From Leucoraja ocellata (taxonomy: Eukaryota): DNA of 64,000 nt. Position 1 is the stretch's first letter. Every line of letters starts with the position of its first letter. Location: positions 8,060,001 to 8,124,000 of the forward strand of contig JAWMAR010000016.1 of NCBI GenBank assembly GCA_036785375.1, written 5' to 3'. Positions 1 to 12,504 of the stretch are shown here, in pieces. The notes under the pieces were generated by a model. That model was not told the DNA's origin and ran no database searches. It saw only the letters and a program-made list of their open reading frames with translations. The translations under genes and the position numbers were made by a program.

Positions 1-1300
1 TTTGTAACCATTTGTGACCATTTAGTAGACAGACAGACAGAGGTCATCCAATTAAAAAACAAAATGGAAATTGGCTGTAGAATTTGATTTGGTGTTAAAT
101 TATCAGTTTTTCAGGGAGCTTTTAACAAAAATTATTAAATCAGTTTTAGCAGATCAGAATAAGAACCCTGGTTGTACTTTGACAAAAGCAAGAACATTGA
201 TTTTTCTAAGAGCTTCCACCTTTTTTCATTCCACTCTTCTTTGTTTCTTTTTGATTTTCCTTTCAACATTTTTTTCTGGAGACCTTTCATTTGACTGTAA
301 ATATTCCTTTTAGAGATGAGTTTTCTCCTGTAAACACATTTCAAGAGCATCAAGTATGCACTGGAATCAGCTTCTGTTCCTTGGCATATGGACTTTGCTT
401 CTACAAACAAAAAAATAAGAACATGCAACAGTTTTAAGCAGGTACTTTTTCAATTATTTTTGCATGTTTCAATAGTGTAGTGCAAGTTTCAAATCAGGTT
501 TGTTTTCAAAGCTCACAATTTTGTTTCTAAAATGATGCTTATGCAGCATAAATTGTACTTGTAGACTACTCTGGCAATTAAGTGCAAACCTAAATAGGCA
601 GCACTAAGATAGAAATCACCACTTGTGGCTTCTTGGCTCTTAATATATTTGCGTGTAACACTGTAATAGTAGTCGATTTCTTCCCAATGATTATCAGAGA
701 GGAACAACTTTACACATTTGCCAGTTGACCCTTAATTGTGGCGCTAATTGTGATGTTGGTATGCAAATCATCAGCCACTGTGGCAATTATGAGCCTTGTG
801 TTCTGCAGGAATGCTGAGTTGGTCAATTTGGTAAATATATCTGATTAACTTATTGTGCAGCTACAATCATGGTGTACCACATAACAACATATTGTTTGTG
901 TTTCAACATTATGTGGCAGTGACTGTTTAAATATTGGATAGCAGTGGAAGTATTTTTCAGTTTTTATATTTTACATATGTTCTTGTGAACAATGTTTGTC
1001 ATTCTCATATTTGGTACTTCAAACCTCTGGGTAATTAACAACTTGAAACTTGTTAAAACGTATAAATTTAAATAATGCATGTGACGCTGTATACCTAATT
1101 AGAAGTTCAATCATATGGAGTTAAAATAAAACTTTTATATCAGCTGTGCTGCTCTGTTTACTGTTACAGGAAAGAGATGTAAGTGACAGTTGTGTGTTTG
1201 TACAGTGAAATAAAGCCATGCCTTTGCAAAATATCCTGTTGTTTCCCAACTCTTAAATAAAACCTCTAATAATTCATTTTTGAAGATGATGCTTAATTTT
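1..1300 (+). other. Repeat-free AT-rich tract, possibly the 3'UTR of a gene outside the window
   Basis: No recognisable TE, U-rich, with three AATAAA hexamers near 1126, 1209 and 1256. No coding evidence. Confidence 0.3.
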
Positions 1301-2624
1301 GTTGGCTCTTAGATATATTAAGTGGATTGTCTTTGTTTTCTGACTTTGGGTGTTTCACAAAAAAACACCAATGGAGCAAGGCCGACCAGCCCCTGTGTCT
1401 GCTTCACCACTGTAGATGATCACGGCTGATCTGACCTTGATTTCAGCTTCACTGTCTGGCCCGTTCACATAGCTCCTGATTCTCTCCAGGCATCAAAGAA
1501 ACTGTGATTCAGCATTATATATATTTTAATGATTCAGCTTCCACAAAAAAGTCATGACTTTTTAATGACGAAATTCCCATTGGCCCTTTCAGTTCAGAAG
1601 TCATCCACTTGAACTTCCTCTGGCCTACCTCCCAGTGCAAAGGATATCCTTTACAAATAAGACCAAAACAGTGCTTGGTACTTCACATGTAACCTTGCCA
1701 ACTTCTTGTACAGTCGCTGTAAGCTCATTTATATTTAATCCTCCTTGCAGTAAAGACCGCTTCACTTAATTACCACCTGTGCTTGCTAACTTTTAATGTA
1801 TAAAAGCTGTTAGGAATCATTGTTTATTCGCCTGCATGTAGTCTTTCGTTCTGTGATAATGCATACATTGCACAGGAATTTATCTTGAACAACACTTGGA
1901 AGCTTCAAATTGAAGAGGGGACTGTGGGACACCGCGAAGGCTTTTGATTTTTCTTTTGAGCCACAAAGTGTACCTGATATATGGCAATGTGATTTAAAGG
2001 TAACCCTATGAAATATTTGTTTTCATTCCTACTAATTGGCCGTGTTGATAGTGAGAACAGAAAATTTGCCCTGGGTATAATTAAAAAAAATCAGGGATCC
2101 AGGAACTATCACACTCGCTATAAGTTTTGAAACCCAACACCCTTTCTGCATTTTCTGGAAATGTCTAGAAAGTGTTGTAAATAATCGTTGTGCAATTCTG
2201 GGTGTGTTGAGTTACATTTTCCAAAAATGCAGCTGTATAATTGCCTTGGTTTCACACCTCAAAGTACTGAAGGCCATACAAATGTAGTATTCTTTTGTGT
2301 ACCTTTATCTTTGCATCTGACCCACTCTTTCCAAGTTTGTTTCTAGCAATGTTAAATGTTAAGTCAAGAGTTTATTGTCATGTCTCCCAGATAGGACAAT
2401 GAAATTCTTGCTTCTTGCAGCACTACAGAATATTGTAGGTATCAATACAGAATGATAGCCATTAAATGTAATTGTAGCTCTATGTAATTGTTGCACTATG
2501 TACTCGTATAAACCTGCAACGGGTGAGAGGCTACAGTTAAATGAAAATAGTCACCTCCACTACCAAGAACTATGTTAATAAAGTAACAATGGCAAGATAT
2601 GAAATTAGTGTTATAATTGAAATA

Positions 2625-3110
2625 GAGCCGCAGATACAAGGAACTGCAGGTGCTGGTTTAGTTTTTAAAAAGACCGTACTGGTGGCATCTCTGAAGTCCA
2701 GGTGGAGCACAGGGAAAGGAGTGGGATGGAAGGAAGGGTTTATAGCATAGTTTATAGCTTAGTTAGTTAGCTAAAATTGAAGAATTCAGTGTTCATACCG
2801 TTAGGTTGTAAGCTGCCCAAGCAGAATATGAGGTGCTGTTTCTCCAGTTTGTGTGTGGCTTCACTCCAGCAACGGTGGAGGCCCAGGACGGAAAGGTCAG
2901 TATGGGAATGAAAGTGGTTAGCAACTGGGAGATCCAGCAGGCCTTGGCTGACCGAACACGAGTGTTCAGCAAAACAGTTAGCAAGTCTATTCTTGGTCTC
3001 GCCAATGTAAAGGAGGCCACAGCGGGTACACCAAATGCAGTAGATATGGTTAAGAGGCCTGTCTTAGCTGGGAAGTCTGCTGGGGTCCCTGGATGGATAC
3101 AAGTACAAAC
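2625..3110 (-). mobile_element. Degenerate Penelope-like element, GIY-YIG C-terminal fragment
   Basis: Reverse complement resembles 10268-10594 (KLEKQHLIFCLGSLQPNGMNTEF). Confidence 0.7.
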
Positions 3111-3789
3111 CAGAGGTCGGAAAATAGTAAGAGCATTGGCAAAGTTGAATTTGGAGATAATAAAAGCACGGCTGAGGTTTTCGATAACACGTGTTGAGGC
3201 TCTGTAAAGGCGACTTGCAATGTAGACTTGCTGAGAGGGTTAAAATGTGAGAGCAGATTGGGCATCAAGATTGTGAACAGTCTGGTTGAGCCTGAAATTG
3301 AACTGAAGGCATTTGATTTTAGGCATAAAAACACAATTGTGCTGCAGTCAAACTGGTTTTACCAATATTTTGATGGAGATTTTAGCTTTTCCAATGCTAG
3401 GAGTTGGAAAAACAACAGCAATGTCAGGAGGGGAAAAGAGGGAGCTGATTTTTCACTTGTATGCAATCAATCTTTACAAATGGCCGCTTCCAATTGTGAA
3501 ATGGAGGGCAAGGAGATATCCTTGAATGATTCTAAAGGTTCAGAATTTATTCCTAATGAGCAGACATCATAAAAAATATTTGAATTAATTTAAATCTTAA
3601 GGTATTTAAATCAAATTGATGGATTTAATGGAATAGCATTATGTTCATTAATATTGTAAGTCTGGAAACCCTGTGGGATTCCTGACAATATTCTGAAGTG
3701 TCAGTGAGGCCAAACATAAATTAGAGGAATAGCACCTTGTATTTCACCTGGGCAACTTACAACTCAGTGGCATGAATATTGATTTCTAT

Positions 3790-4177
3790 CAAAGAACCTA
3801 TAGCGGAGCAGGATAGACCACTCCTTCTGAATGCAATGGGCTGACGTGTAGTACGCAACGGAGCAGAACGTGGGCCTTTTTTTCATCCATTTCAGTAACC
3901 CGACCCGACTCGCAGTGTAATCAACATTGCGGGGGGGACAGTGTTAATAAATTATAATTCTGAAAATGAGGAGAAGATTTTTACCATAGAACTTCGAGGA
4001 TGTTTCCGTAACCGACTTCCGTCTCCGCACTAGTTATCGTTGCTCCACTACGGGATCTTTGGTGCAGAGACGGAAGCCGGTTACGGAAATGGGGCCAAAA
4101 CTTACCCATGAATCTGCCCATCACCGTACCACTTCTTTTTTGTCGCGTGATCTATCTTGCTTGCTATAGGATCTTTG
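3790..4177. mobile_element. hAT-like MITE
   Basis: TIRs CAAAGAaCCTATAGC...GCTATAGGATCTTTG with a perfect 8-bp TSD ATTTCTAT (3782-3789 and 4178-4185). Confidence 0.85.
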
Positions 4178-4376
4178 ATTTCTATAACTTCAAATAACCC
4201 TTGCATGCCCTCTCTCTCTGTCCTTCCCTCTCCCTTGTCGTTATACTAGTTTCACTGGCGTTCTGGTGAGTTTCACTGGAGTCCTGGTGAGTATAACTTG
4301 TTCTTACCTAGCCCACAGCTAACAATGAACCGCTTCCTTGATCATCGTTACTTTTTTTGCATATCTTTTCTTTGTT

Positions 4377-4394
4377 CTCTCTCGCTCTCTCTCG

Positions 4395-4430
<36 letters not shown>
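4377..4430. repeat. (CT)n microsatellite
   Basis: Directly visible. Confidence 0.95.
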
Positions 4431-4435
<5 letters not shown>

Positions 4436-4604
4436 CCCCTCTCCCCTGGCTCTCAGTTTTGAAGAAGGGTCTCGACCTGAAGAGTCCTCTCCAAAGATGC
4501 TGCCATTCCTTCTCTCCAAAGATGCTGCCTGTCCTGTTGAGTTGCCCCAGCATTTTGTGTGTATATGTGAGGTAAACCAACATTTGCAGTTCTTTCCTCC
4601 AGCT

Positions 4605-6430
4605 TTCTGAACGGTGCTTGGGAAGCTGAAAGGGCTGAAGGTGAATAAGTCGCCTGGATTGGATTGAGTGCACCCCAAGGTGCTGAAAGAGGTGGCTTTA
4701 GAGATTGTGGAGGCATTTATAGTGATCTTTCAAGAAGTCAGGATTGCTTCCAGATGATTGAACAATTGCCAATATTACCCCACAGTACCATTAAGGGAGC
4801 AAAGCAGAATAGTGGAAACTCTAAGCTGGTTAGTCTGACCAGTGGTTGGTAAGATTTTAATCCATTATAAAGAATGAGGTCACTGAGTGCTTACAAGTTC
4901 ATGATAAAATAGGCCAGTCGACTTTCTGAAGGGGAGGTCTGATGAATGTGCTGGAATTCTTTGAAGAAGTAAATAGGACAGACAAAGGAGAGCCAGTAGA
5001 TGTTGCTTACCTAGATTTTCAGAAAGCCTTTTATAAGGTTCCACACGGGAGGCTGCTCAGGAAGATGAGAGCCCATGGTATGGAAGGGCAGGCATAGGCG
5101 GAAATCCTTGGGTGGGGTGGGGGGGGGGGGGGGGGCACAGGCTCTGTGCCCGGAGCCCTCAAGGTCAATTCCATTTGGACGTCTCTAGCTCCTAGAATCT
5201 AGCAGCCTGGGACTAGCTGCAGTTCCCAGGTCGGCTGGCAGGTCTGGCTGTAGTGCCTAGGTCCACTGCGTGCCTGGGGACTGGCTACAGTTCCATGGTC
5301 ATGAAATGTAATTGAAAAATATTACGCCTGCGGGCCGGATGATTTTGGGTTACGGGTTGGATCCACCCCGTGGGCCGTAGGTTGCCGACCCGTGTCCTAG
5401 ATGGCAGTCCTCATTGTGTCCCCCCCGTCCCCCCGTCCCCGTCCCCCCCTCATGTGATGGCAGGTACTAGCATGGATAGCAGGTTGGCTGCATGACAGAA
5501 GACAAAGAGTGGCAATAAAGGGGGCCTTTTCTGGTTGGCGGCTGGTGACTAGCAACATTCCGCAGAGGTCAGTGCAGGGGCCATTACTTTTCACGTTGTA
5601 TATTAATGATTTGGATGAGGGGAGTGAAGGCTTTGTGGCCAAGTTTGCAGATGACACGAAAATAAGAGGAGGGGCGGGTAGTGTAGAGGAAGCATGGACT
5701 CTGCAGAAGGACCTGGACAGGTTGCGAGAGTGGGCAGAGAAGTGGCAGACGGAATATAGTGTGGCAAAGTGTGGAGTCATGCGTTTTGGTAGTAGGAATA
5801 AAGGCATAGACTATTTTCTAAATGGGAAGAGAATCCAAATATCGGAGATGCAAAGAGTGTTGGTGCAGGATTTCCAGGCGTTAATTTGCAAGTCGTATCG
5901 ATAGTAAGGAAGGCAAATGCAATGCTAGCATTTATTTCAAGAGGGCTAGAATACAAAAACGTGGATGTAATGTTGAGGCTCTATAAGGTGTTGGTCAGGC
6001 CACATTTGGAGTATTGTGAGCAATTTTGGGCAACGTATCTGAGGAAAGATGTGCTGGCTTTGGAGAGGGTCCAGAGGAGGTTTACAAGAATGATCCCAGG
6101 AATGAGTGGGTTAACATATGATGAGCGTTTGACGGCACCGGGCCTGTACTCGAGGGATTTTAGAAGGATGAGGGGCCTCCTCATTGAAAGTTACCGAATA
6201 GTGAAAGGCTTGGATAGAGTGAATGTGGAGAGGATGTTTCCACTAGTGGGAGAGTCCTGAACTAGAGGTCAGAATTAAAAGACGTTCCATTAGGAAGGAG
6301 ATGAGGAGGAGTTTCTTTAGTAAGAGGGTGGTGAATCTGTGGAATTCTTTGTCACAGAAGGCTGTGGAGGCTAGGTCAATGGATATTTTTACAGCCGAGT
6401 TAGATAGATTCTTGATTAGTACGGGTGTCA
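4605..6430 (+). mobile_element. CR1-clade LINE ORF2 fragment, frameshifted, with an insertion at about 5095-5458
   Basis: Motifs YLDFQKAF, LFTLYINDL, KFADDTK and VRPHLEYC. Confidence 0.9.
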
Positions 6431-6442
6431 GATTATGAAAGC

Positions 6443-6790
6443 ACCCAGAGAAACTGCCTCCAGCGCCCTCTGAGGCAGAGAATTCCACAGATTCGCCACT
6501 CTCTGTGAGAAAAAGTGTTTTCTCGTCTCCGTTGTAAATGGCTTACTCCTTATTCTTAAACTGTGGCCCCCGGTTCTGGACTCCCCCAACATTGTGAACA
6601 TGTTTCCTGCCTCTAGTGTGTCGAAGCCCTTAACAATCTGATATGTTTCAATGAGATCTCCTCTCATCCTTCTAAACTCCATTACAAGTGTACAAGCCCA
6701 GCTGCTCCATTCTCTCAGCATATGACAGTCCCGCCATCCCGGGAATTAACCTTGTAAACCTATGCTGCACTCCCTCAATAGCAAGAATGA
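6443..6790 (-). mobile_element. CR1 LINE 3' fragment
   Basis: EFRRMRGDLIETY...FFSQRVANLWNSLPQ. Confidence 0.85.
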
Positions 6791-6939
6791 GTGAACATTG
6801 CTCTCTACAAGAAGACTGCATGGTTATAAATGACCTGCACCGGTCATAGACGGTGCCTAGGAAACGGGTGGTCATGGTAGAAGCTGAAGGGCAAAGGTGT
6901 TGAGGTGTCTCAACAAATATCACCAAAACACTTGGGCCA

Positions 6940-8520
6940 GATGCATTCTAAGGAAAGAAACAGATAGTAGTTCAGGTTGAGAACCCTTCATCAGAACTGG
7001 GAAAAGGAGAATAAGTTGCAGAGAGGATGGTGGTGGTCGGAGAGTGGGGCTGCATGGGACAAAGGAAATATCTCTGGTAGGATGGGGGCCAGGGTTACCA
7101 TGGGCATAAGTTGTAGATCTCATTCTGTCATTGGGTTAATTGGGTGGAAAGACAGACGAAGATAGGGAATGAATGAAAGTTATGAGGTGAGGGCAATTAG
7201 AGAGTGAGAGTACAAAGGAGAGTACAGAATGTAGGACTGTAGTAGATGCCCAGCATGTCAGACTGCCCATGGGAGAAAGAACTGAGCCAATATCACAGAT
7301 GGATGACTTGCAAAATGGACAGCTCCTGTGCAGAGGAATTGGGTTTCCTGACGTTGTAAAATGTGATGTTGAGGCTGCAGTGTGCCCAGGCAGAGGATGA
7401 GATGTAATTCTGCAAGTGGGTCTTGGGCCTTGTGCAACAGGAGGCCACAGATTGGTCAGAGTGGGAGTGAGATGAAACACAAAGGTTCAGCATTGCCCTT
7501 GTGAATTGAACACAGATACTACACAAAGTGGTCACCCAACCCATGTTTGGTTTCTCCATTGTACAGAAGGACACATTGTGAACACCAAATGCAATACATT
7601 GGACTTGAAAAGGGGCCAGGGAATCACTGCTTCACTTGGAAGGACCTTTGTGTTCTTGGTTGGTGAGAAGTGAAGAGATAAAGGGACAGATTAGTCATGG
7701 CCTGCAGGAAGAAAACACCATTAGAATGGAAGTTTTTGGTGAGGCTAGAAGGGCCTTGAAGTACTGAAAGGGGAGGGAGACATTGCTGTGGTTGTGGAAT
7801 GATGTTGGAGGTGGTGGAAGCTGTGAAAGGTGATCTGTTGAATTAAGTCTGGTGGAAAGTGAGGGCCAGGGATACGTTTGTTCAGGAGGAGCGTTGGTGA
7901 TAGCAGAAACGTGGGAAATATTTGAGATGTAGTCGAGGGCTTTGTCAGCAGCGGTAGAGGAGGCAAACCTTGATTCAGAAGCAAGAAAGATAACTCGGCA
8001 GCACCAGATGTAAAGTCTTGTCATTGGAGAAAATGCAAAGAAACGGAAGAACTAGGAGAAAGGAATGCAGTCCTTGCAGGCGGCAGGGTGGGAGGAAGTA
8101 TAGTCAGGGTTTCTAAGGGCTTGTACTGAATGTTTCTCAACAATCTATCCTTTTGAGACTGATTCAAAATGGGACAGGCCGGGTCATGTGAAGGAGGAAG
8201 AGGGAGATTGCAGCAAAAGTCATGAAACATTTGTCTGAATACAGGAAGCAGCATCAGTGCAGGTGTTGATATCCGCAGGGGAAAACAAAGCCGAGGCAGG
8301 GAGTCAAATTAGGACTTAAATAAAGACTGCCTGACAAAAAAGCAGTTGTGCCAATGGTCCATGTGAGTTTCCAGAGCCACATCTTCATTCTGGAAAAAGT
8401 AAGTGGAATTGAAAAACTAGTTAACGTGAGAATTAGTTCAGCCGTGCGAATGACCCTGTTGATAAAGGGGAACTGGTTGGGTTTCTAATTAAGGAAGAAG
8501 CAGAAGGGCCTCAGTACCCC
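6940..8520 (-). mobile_element. Old, heavily decayed Penelope-like RT plus GIY-YIG region
   Basis: Remnants IQYKPLET (YYKPT-like), CIPFS, and YCIWCSQC-LLYNGETK. The terminal repeat carries a CTGATGAAGGG core near 6975-6995. Confidence 0.65.
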
Positions 8521-9624
8521 CGTGCAGTGCAATGGATGTGGATACAGCTATGAAAATGGACACCGTCAAAGTGGCAGAGGGTACCAGAGGTATCACAGAT
8601 GTAAGGGAAGGGACTGGACCAGAGGAGAACAGAGAAATGTTGGAAGGAATATGATTTTTCGAGCAATTGTAGGCATTGGTACTGCCGGGCCAAACATATT
8701 ATTTCTATTTCAGGTTTTCAGCATCTGCAGTGTTTTGATTTTCACTACCAAATGTCATTGCCTTGTGAAGTCTTGGTATCTGCAAACAGACTGACTCTCT
8801 AACATTATAAAGTGATGACATTGCAAAAATGTGGAAATTCGTGATTATTCTCTGGCTGCATTAGTGATGGGAGAAGCAGTTATCATGGAGACCAAGGAAC
8901 TGCAGATGCAGGTATACAAAAAAAGATACAAAGTGCTGGAGTGAAAGAGACAAGAAGGAATGTCTTTAGCTGGAGAGTAATGATCTGTGGAATTCATTGC
9001 CACAGACGCTGTGGAGGCCATCATTGGATATTTTTAATGTGGGGATTGACAGGTAAGATTGACAGATTAGTAAGGGCGTTAAAGGTTACGGGGAGAAGAC
9101 AGGAGAATGGGGTTGAGAGGGTAAGATAGATCAGCCATGATTGAATGGTGGAGTGGACACGATGGGCCGAATGGCCTAACTCTGGTCCTAAATTTATGTC
9201 CTTGTGTTATTCAACAGGTCAAGCAGCATCTCTGGAGAACATGGACCTGTGACCCACTGAGTTACTCCAGTATTTTGTCTTATATTTGAACAGAGTTAAC
9301 ATTTCACATGGATTATCTTTCATCAAAACCTAAAGACCATTGACCTGAAAGGCTTATGCTGTTGCTTTTTTTACGGGTGCTGTTAATTCGTTTGTGAAAT
9401 GTACCAAGTTTCTTCAGATAAATGTTGATACCAATCTTCACAAAGAGATGGTGATTCAGGTGAACTTAATGGAAGGGATAAGATACCATCTTCGAGGAGA
9501 GTGAGGCCATTCTAGATGAGAGACCTCAGGCAGCTGAACATATGCCTGCCAGTGTATGTGAGTTAAGGTAGGGGAAGCACAAAGATAAAAGTGTGTTGTA
9601 TTCCTGAAAGTTAAGGAATGAAGA

Positions 9625-10078
9625 ACATAGAACATTACAGCACAAGAACATGTCCTTCAGCCCAAAATGTCTGCGCTGAACATGATGCCGAGACAAACTC
9701 TTCTCTGGCTGCACATAATCCATATCCCTCCGTTCCCTGCATATCCACGTGCCTATCTAAAACCCTCGTAAATGTCACTTGTATCTACCACCACCACCAA
9801 CCCAGGCAGACATCTCCTTTAAACCTCGCCCTTCTTACCTTAAAGCGATGCCCTCTAGCATTTGATATTTCCATCCTGGAAAAAAGGTTCTGTCTACCTT
9901 ATCTATGCCTGTCATCATTTTATATACTTCTATCAGTTCTCCCCTTAATCTCCAGCGTTCCAGACAAAACAATCCAAGTCTGTCCAATGTCTGCTTGTTG
10001 CTATGCCCTCTTAAACCAAGCATCATTCTGGTAAACCTCCTCTGCACCCTTTCCAAAGCTTCCACATCCTTCCTCTAA
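9625..10078 (-). mobile_element. CR1 LINE 3' fragment
   Basis: ALERVQRRFTRM...RLRGELIEVYK. Confidence 0.8.
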
Positions 10079-10203
10079 TGTGGCTTTACAGTAGCTCTAC
10101 CATGATCCTACATGAAAAGTACTTAACACATGAGAAGCAAGTCACTCCAAGGAGTGTCTTTTTGCATAATATGAATAACGTCTCACAAGATACACAGTAC
10201 TTA

Positions 10204-10838
10204 CAGCAACACTTGTCCCTTTACCTCCCCCCTCGACTCCGTTCAAGGACCCAAGCAATCGTTCCAGGTGCGACAGAGGTTTACCTGCATCTCTTCCAAC
10301 CTCATCTATTGCGTCCGCTGCTCTAGATGTCAGCAGATCTATATCGGTGAGACCAAGCGGAGGTTGGGCGATCGTTTCGCCGAACACCTCCGCTCGGTCC
10401 ACAATAACCAAGCTGACCTCCCGGTGGCTCAGCACTTCAACTCCCCCTCCCACTCCGTCTCCGACCTCTCTGTCCTGGGTCTCCTCCATGGCCACAGCGA
10501 GCAGCACCGTAAATTGGAGGAACAGCACCTCATATTCCGTTTGGGGAGTCTGCATCCCGGGGGCATGAACATCGAATTCTCCCAATTTTGTTAGTCCTTG
10601 CTGTCTTCTCCCCTTCCTCAACCCCCCCTGCTGTCTCCTCCCATCCCCCAGCCTTCGGGCTCCTCCTGCTTTTCCCTTTCTTGTCCCCGCCCACCCCCGC
10701 CCCCGATCAGTCTGAAGAAGGGTTTCGGCCCGAAACGTTGCCTATTTCCTTCGCTCCATAGATGCTGCTGCACCCGCTGAGTTTCTCCAGCTTTTTTGTG
10801 TAACCTTCGATTCTCCAGCATCTGCAGTTCCCTCTTAA
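10204..10838 (+). mobile_element. Young 5'-truncated Penelope-like element with intact GIY-YIG C-terminus and terminal repeat
   Basis: ORF 10268-10594 reads NLIYCVRCSRCQQIYIGETKRRLGDRFAEH (GIY-YIG). 12-bp TSD ACACAGTACTTA at 10192-10203 and 10839-10850. Confidence 0.9.
10708..10743 (+). ncRNA. Minimal (short stem III) hammerhead-ribozyme-like motif in the Penelope terminal repeat
   Basis: CTGAAGA-A-GGGTT-TC-GGCCC-GAAACGTT gives a CUGANGA box, stem II, GAAA box and palindromic AACGTT. Penelope-like elements are known to carry such motifs. Confidence 0.7.
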
Positions 10839-12504
10839 ACACAGTACTTATCCTTTTCTATCCTCTCTGGCACATTTCAAATGCCATACACCATTCCATG
10901 ATACTCCTCATGTGCCACATTTTGATTATGATACAAAATAATCTTAAAGAAACAGAGAATGACGAAGCAGCGCCACAGCCAGACATAAAAACAGCTTTTT
11001 TTTCCACGAGTAGTAGCTCTACTCAACAGCCAAAAGTCTGTAGCCTCTTTTTACTCTGGTACTTTATCTTCACATGTTTAAATTATAATGTTTTATTTTT
11101 AATTGTCTGATTATATATTGCGTTTTTACCATGTGCACTGTGTTTTTACCATGTGTGAGCAAAGCACCACGTCAATATACATCCGTGGCTAATACATTTA
11201 TTCTGATTCTCTGAATCTAAAAGTCCTGGAGGCTAAATGTCAGAAGCACATTCCAACCTGACATGTTCTTGGGCTGATACATAATGAGACTTAATTAACC
11301 TGAAACCTGTTTTGCAACGCGTAGAATGTTTTTGACTATAAAGAGACAGAGCTCCACTCTAACAGAATCCACGGACACAACATGACACAACAAACCATTT
11401 AAGAAGAATACTTATCTTTCCTTGATTAATCTTACAAATCTATTGTGCTCATGAAAAATAATTGACATACACAAACAGCCCAAAAAAGCCCAAATGTTGT
11501 TGAATTACGTCGTAATCCTTTGACACAAGAAATGGTGCTGAACACTTGGTTAATTGTGAATGGATCAGAGAGCAAATAATGGTTAGACAAGAACTGGTTT
11601 GTCTGATGACTACAAGTGAATTTTTTGAAGAAGGTGTGAACCAGAGCTTCCACACCTCAACATTCTTTTCCTTAAATAGAATCCCAATTTCCTGGAAATT
11701 GATGGCTGAGGTGTCGGCTGGTGCTCGGCTTTCGTTGGCGCTGGAGGGATTGGCCGCAGGTGGTTCCCGGCCTGTCGGGGAGCGGGGTTAGGATAGAGTT
11801 GACCAGCTTCTCCATGCTGGCTGTGGGCCTGGGGCTGCTGGCGTCATCGGTCCAGGGTTGGCGGTTGGCCCGGCGAGAGTTGAGCTGCAGTTGCCTGAAG
11901 AATTCCATTCCTTTTCACTATTCTGCTCATTTCAAGGCAATGGAATTCTTCAGCCAAACCCATCTCAACTCCCGCTAACCAGCCAGCAGAGAGACAATAC
12001 ATGATTACAATCCATCCATCCACAGTGCACAGATACATGATAAAGGGAATAATGTGAAGAACGTTTTGTGCAAGATAAAGCCAGTAAAGTCCGATCAAAG
12101 ACAGTCCGAGGGTCTCCAAAGAGTTAGTTAGTAATTCAGCACTGAACACCTCAGCTCAGTCCGCCTAGGCTTATGCGATCTCCAGGTTGCTAAACACTTT
12201 AACTCCCCCTCCCGTACTGACCTTTCTGTCCTGGGCCTCCTCCACTGTCAGAGTGAGGTCCAACGCACATTGGACGAACATAACCTCATATTTCACTTGG
12301 GCATCTTACAATCCAGCGATATGATATTGATTTCTCTAACTTGCTTTCCCTCTGTCTCCGTCCCTCCCCACCCTAGTTCTCTGACTAGCTTCACTGTATT
12401 TCTGATTAATTTTACATTGTATACCTTATCACCTTCCCCTCAGCTAGCAATAAGCCATTCTATATTTCCTTATCGTCTGCTTTGATCTGTTGTTTTCACA
12501 CTTT

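Larger units (their letters stand above)
3690..4605 (+). mobile_element. Penelope-like 3' fragment interrupted by a hAT MITE and a (CT)n expansion
   Basis: KLEE-HLVFHLGNLQ-like remnant followed by the shared terminal repeat (gaagaagggtctcgacc...gatgctgcctgtcc). Confidence 0.7.

Noticed and set aside
4308-4716. ORFs with ER/SL dipeptide runs
   Set aside because: Translation of a (CT)n microsatellite and repeat sequence.
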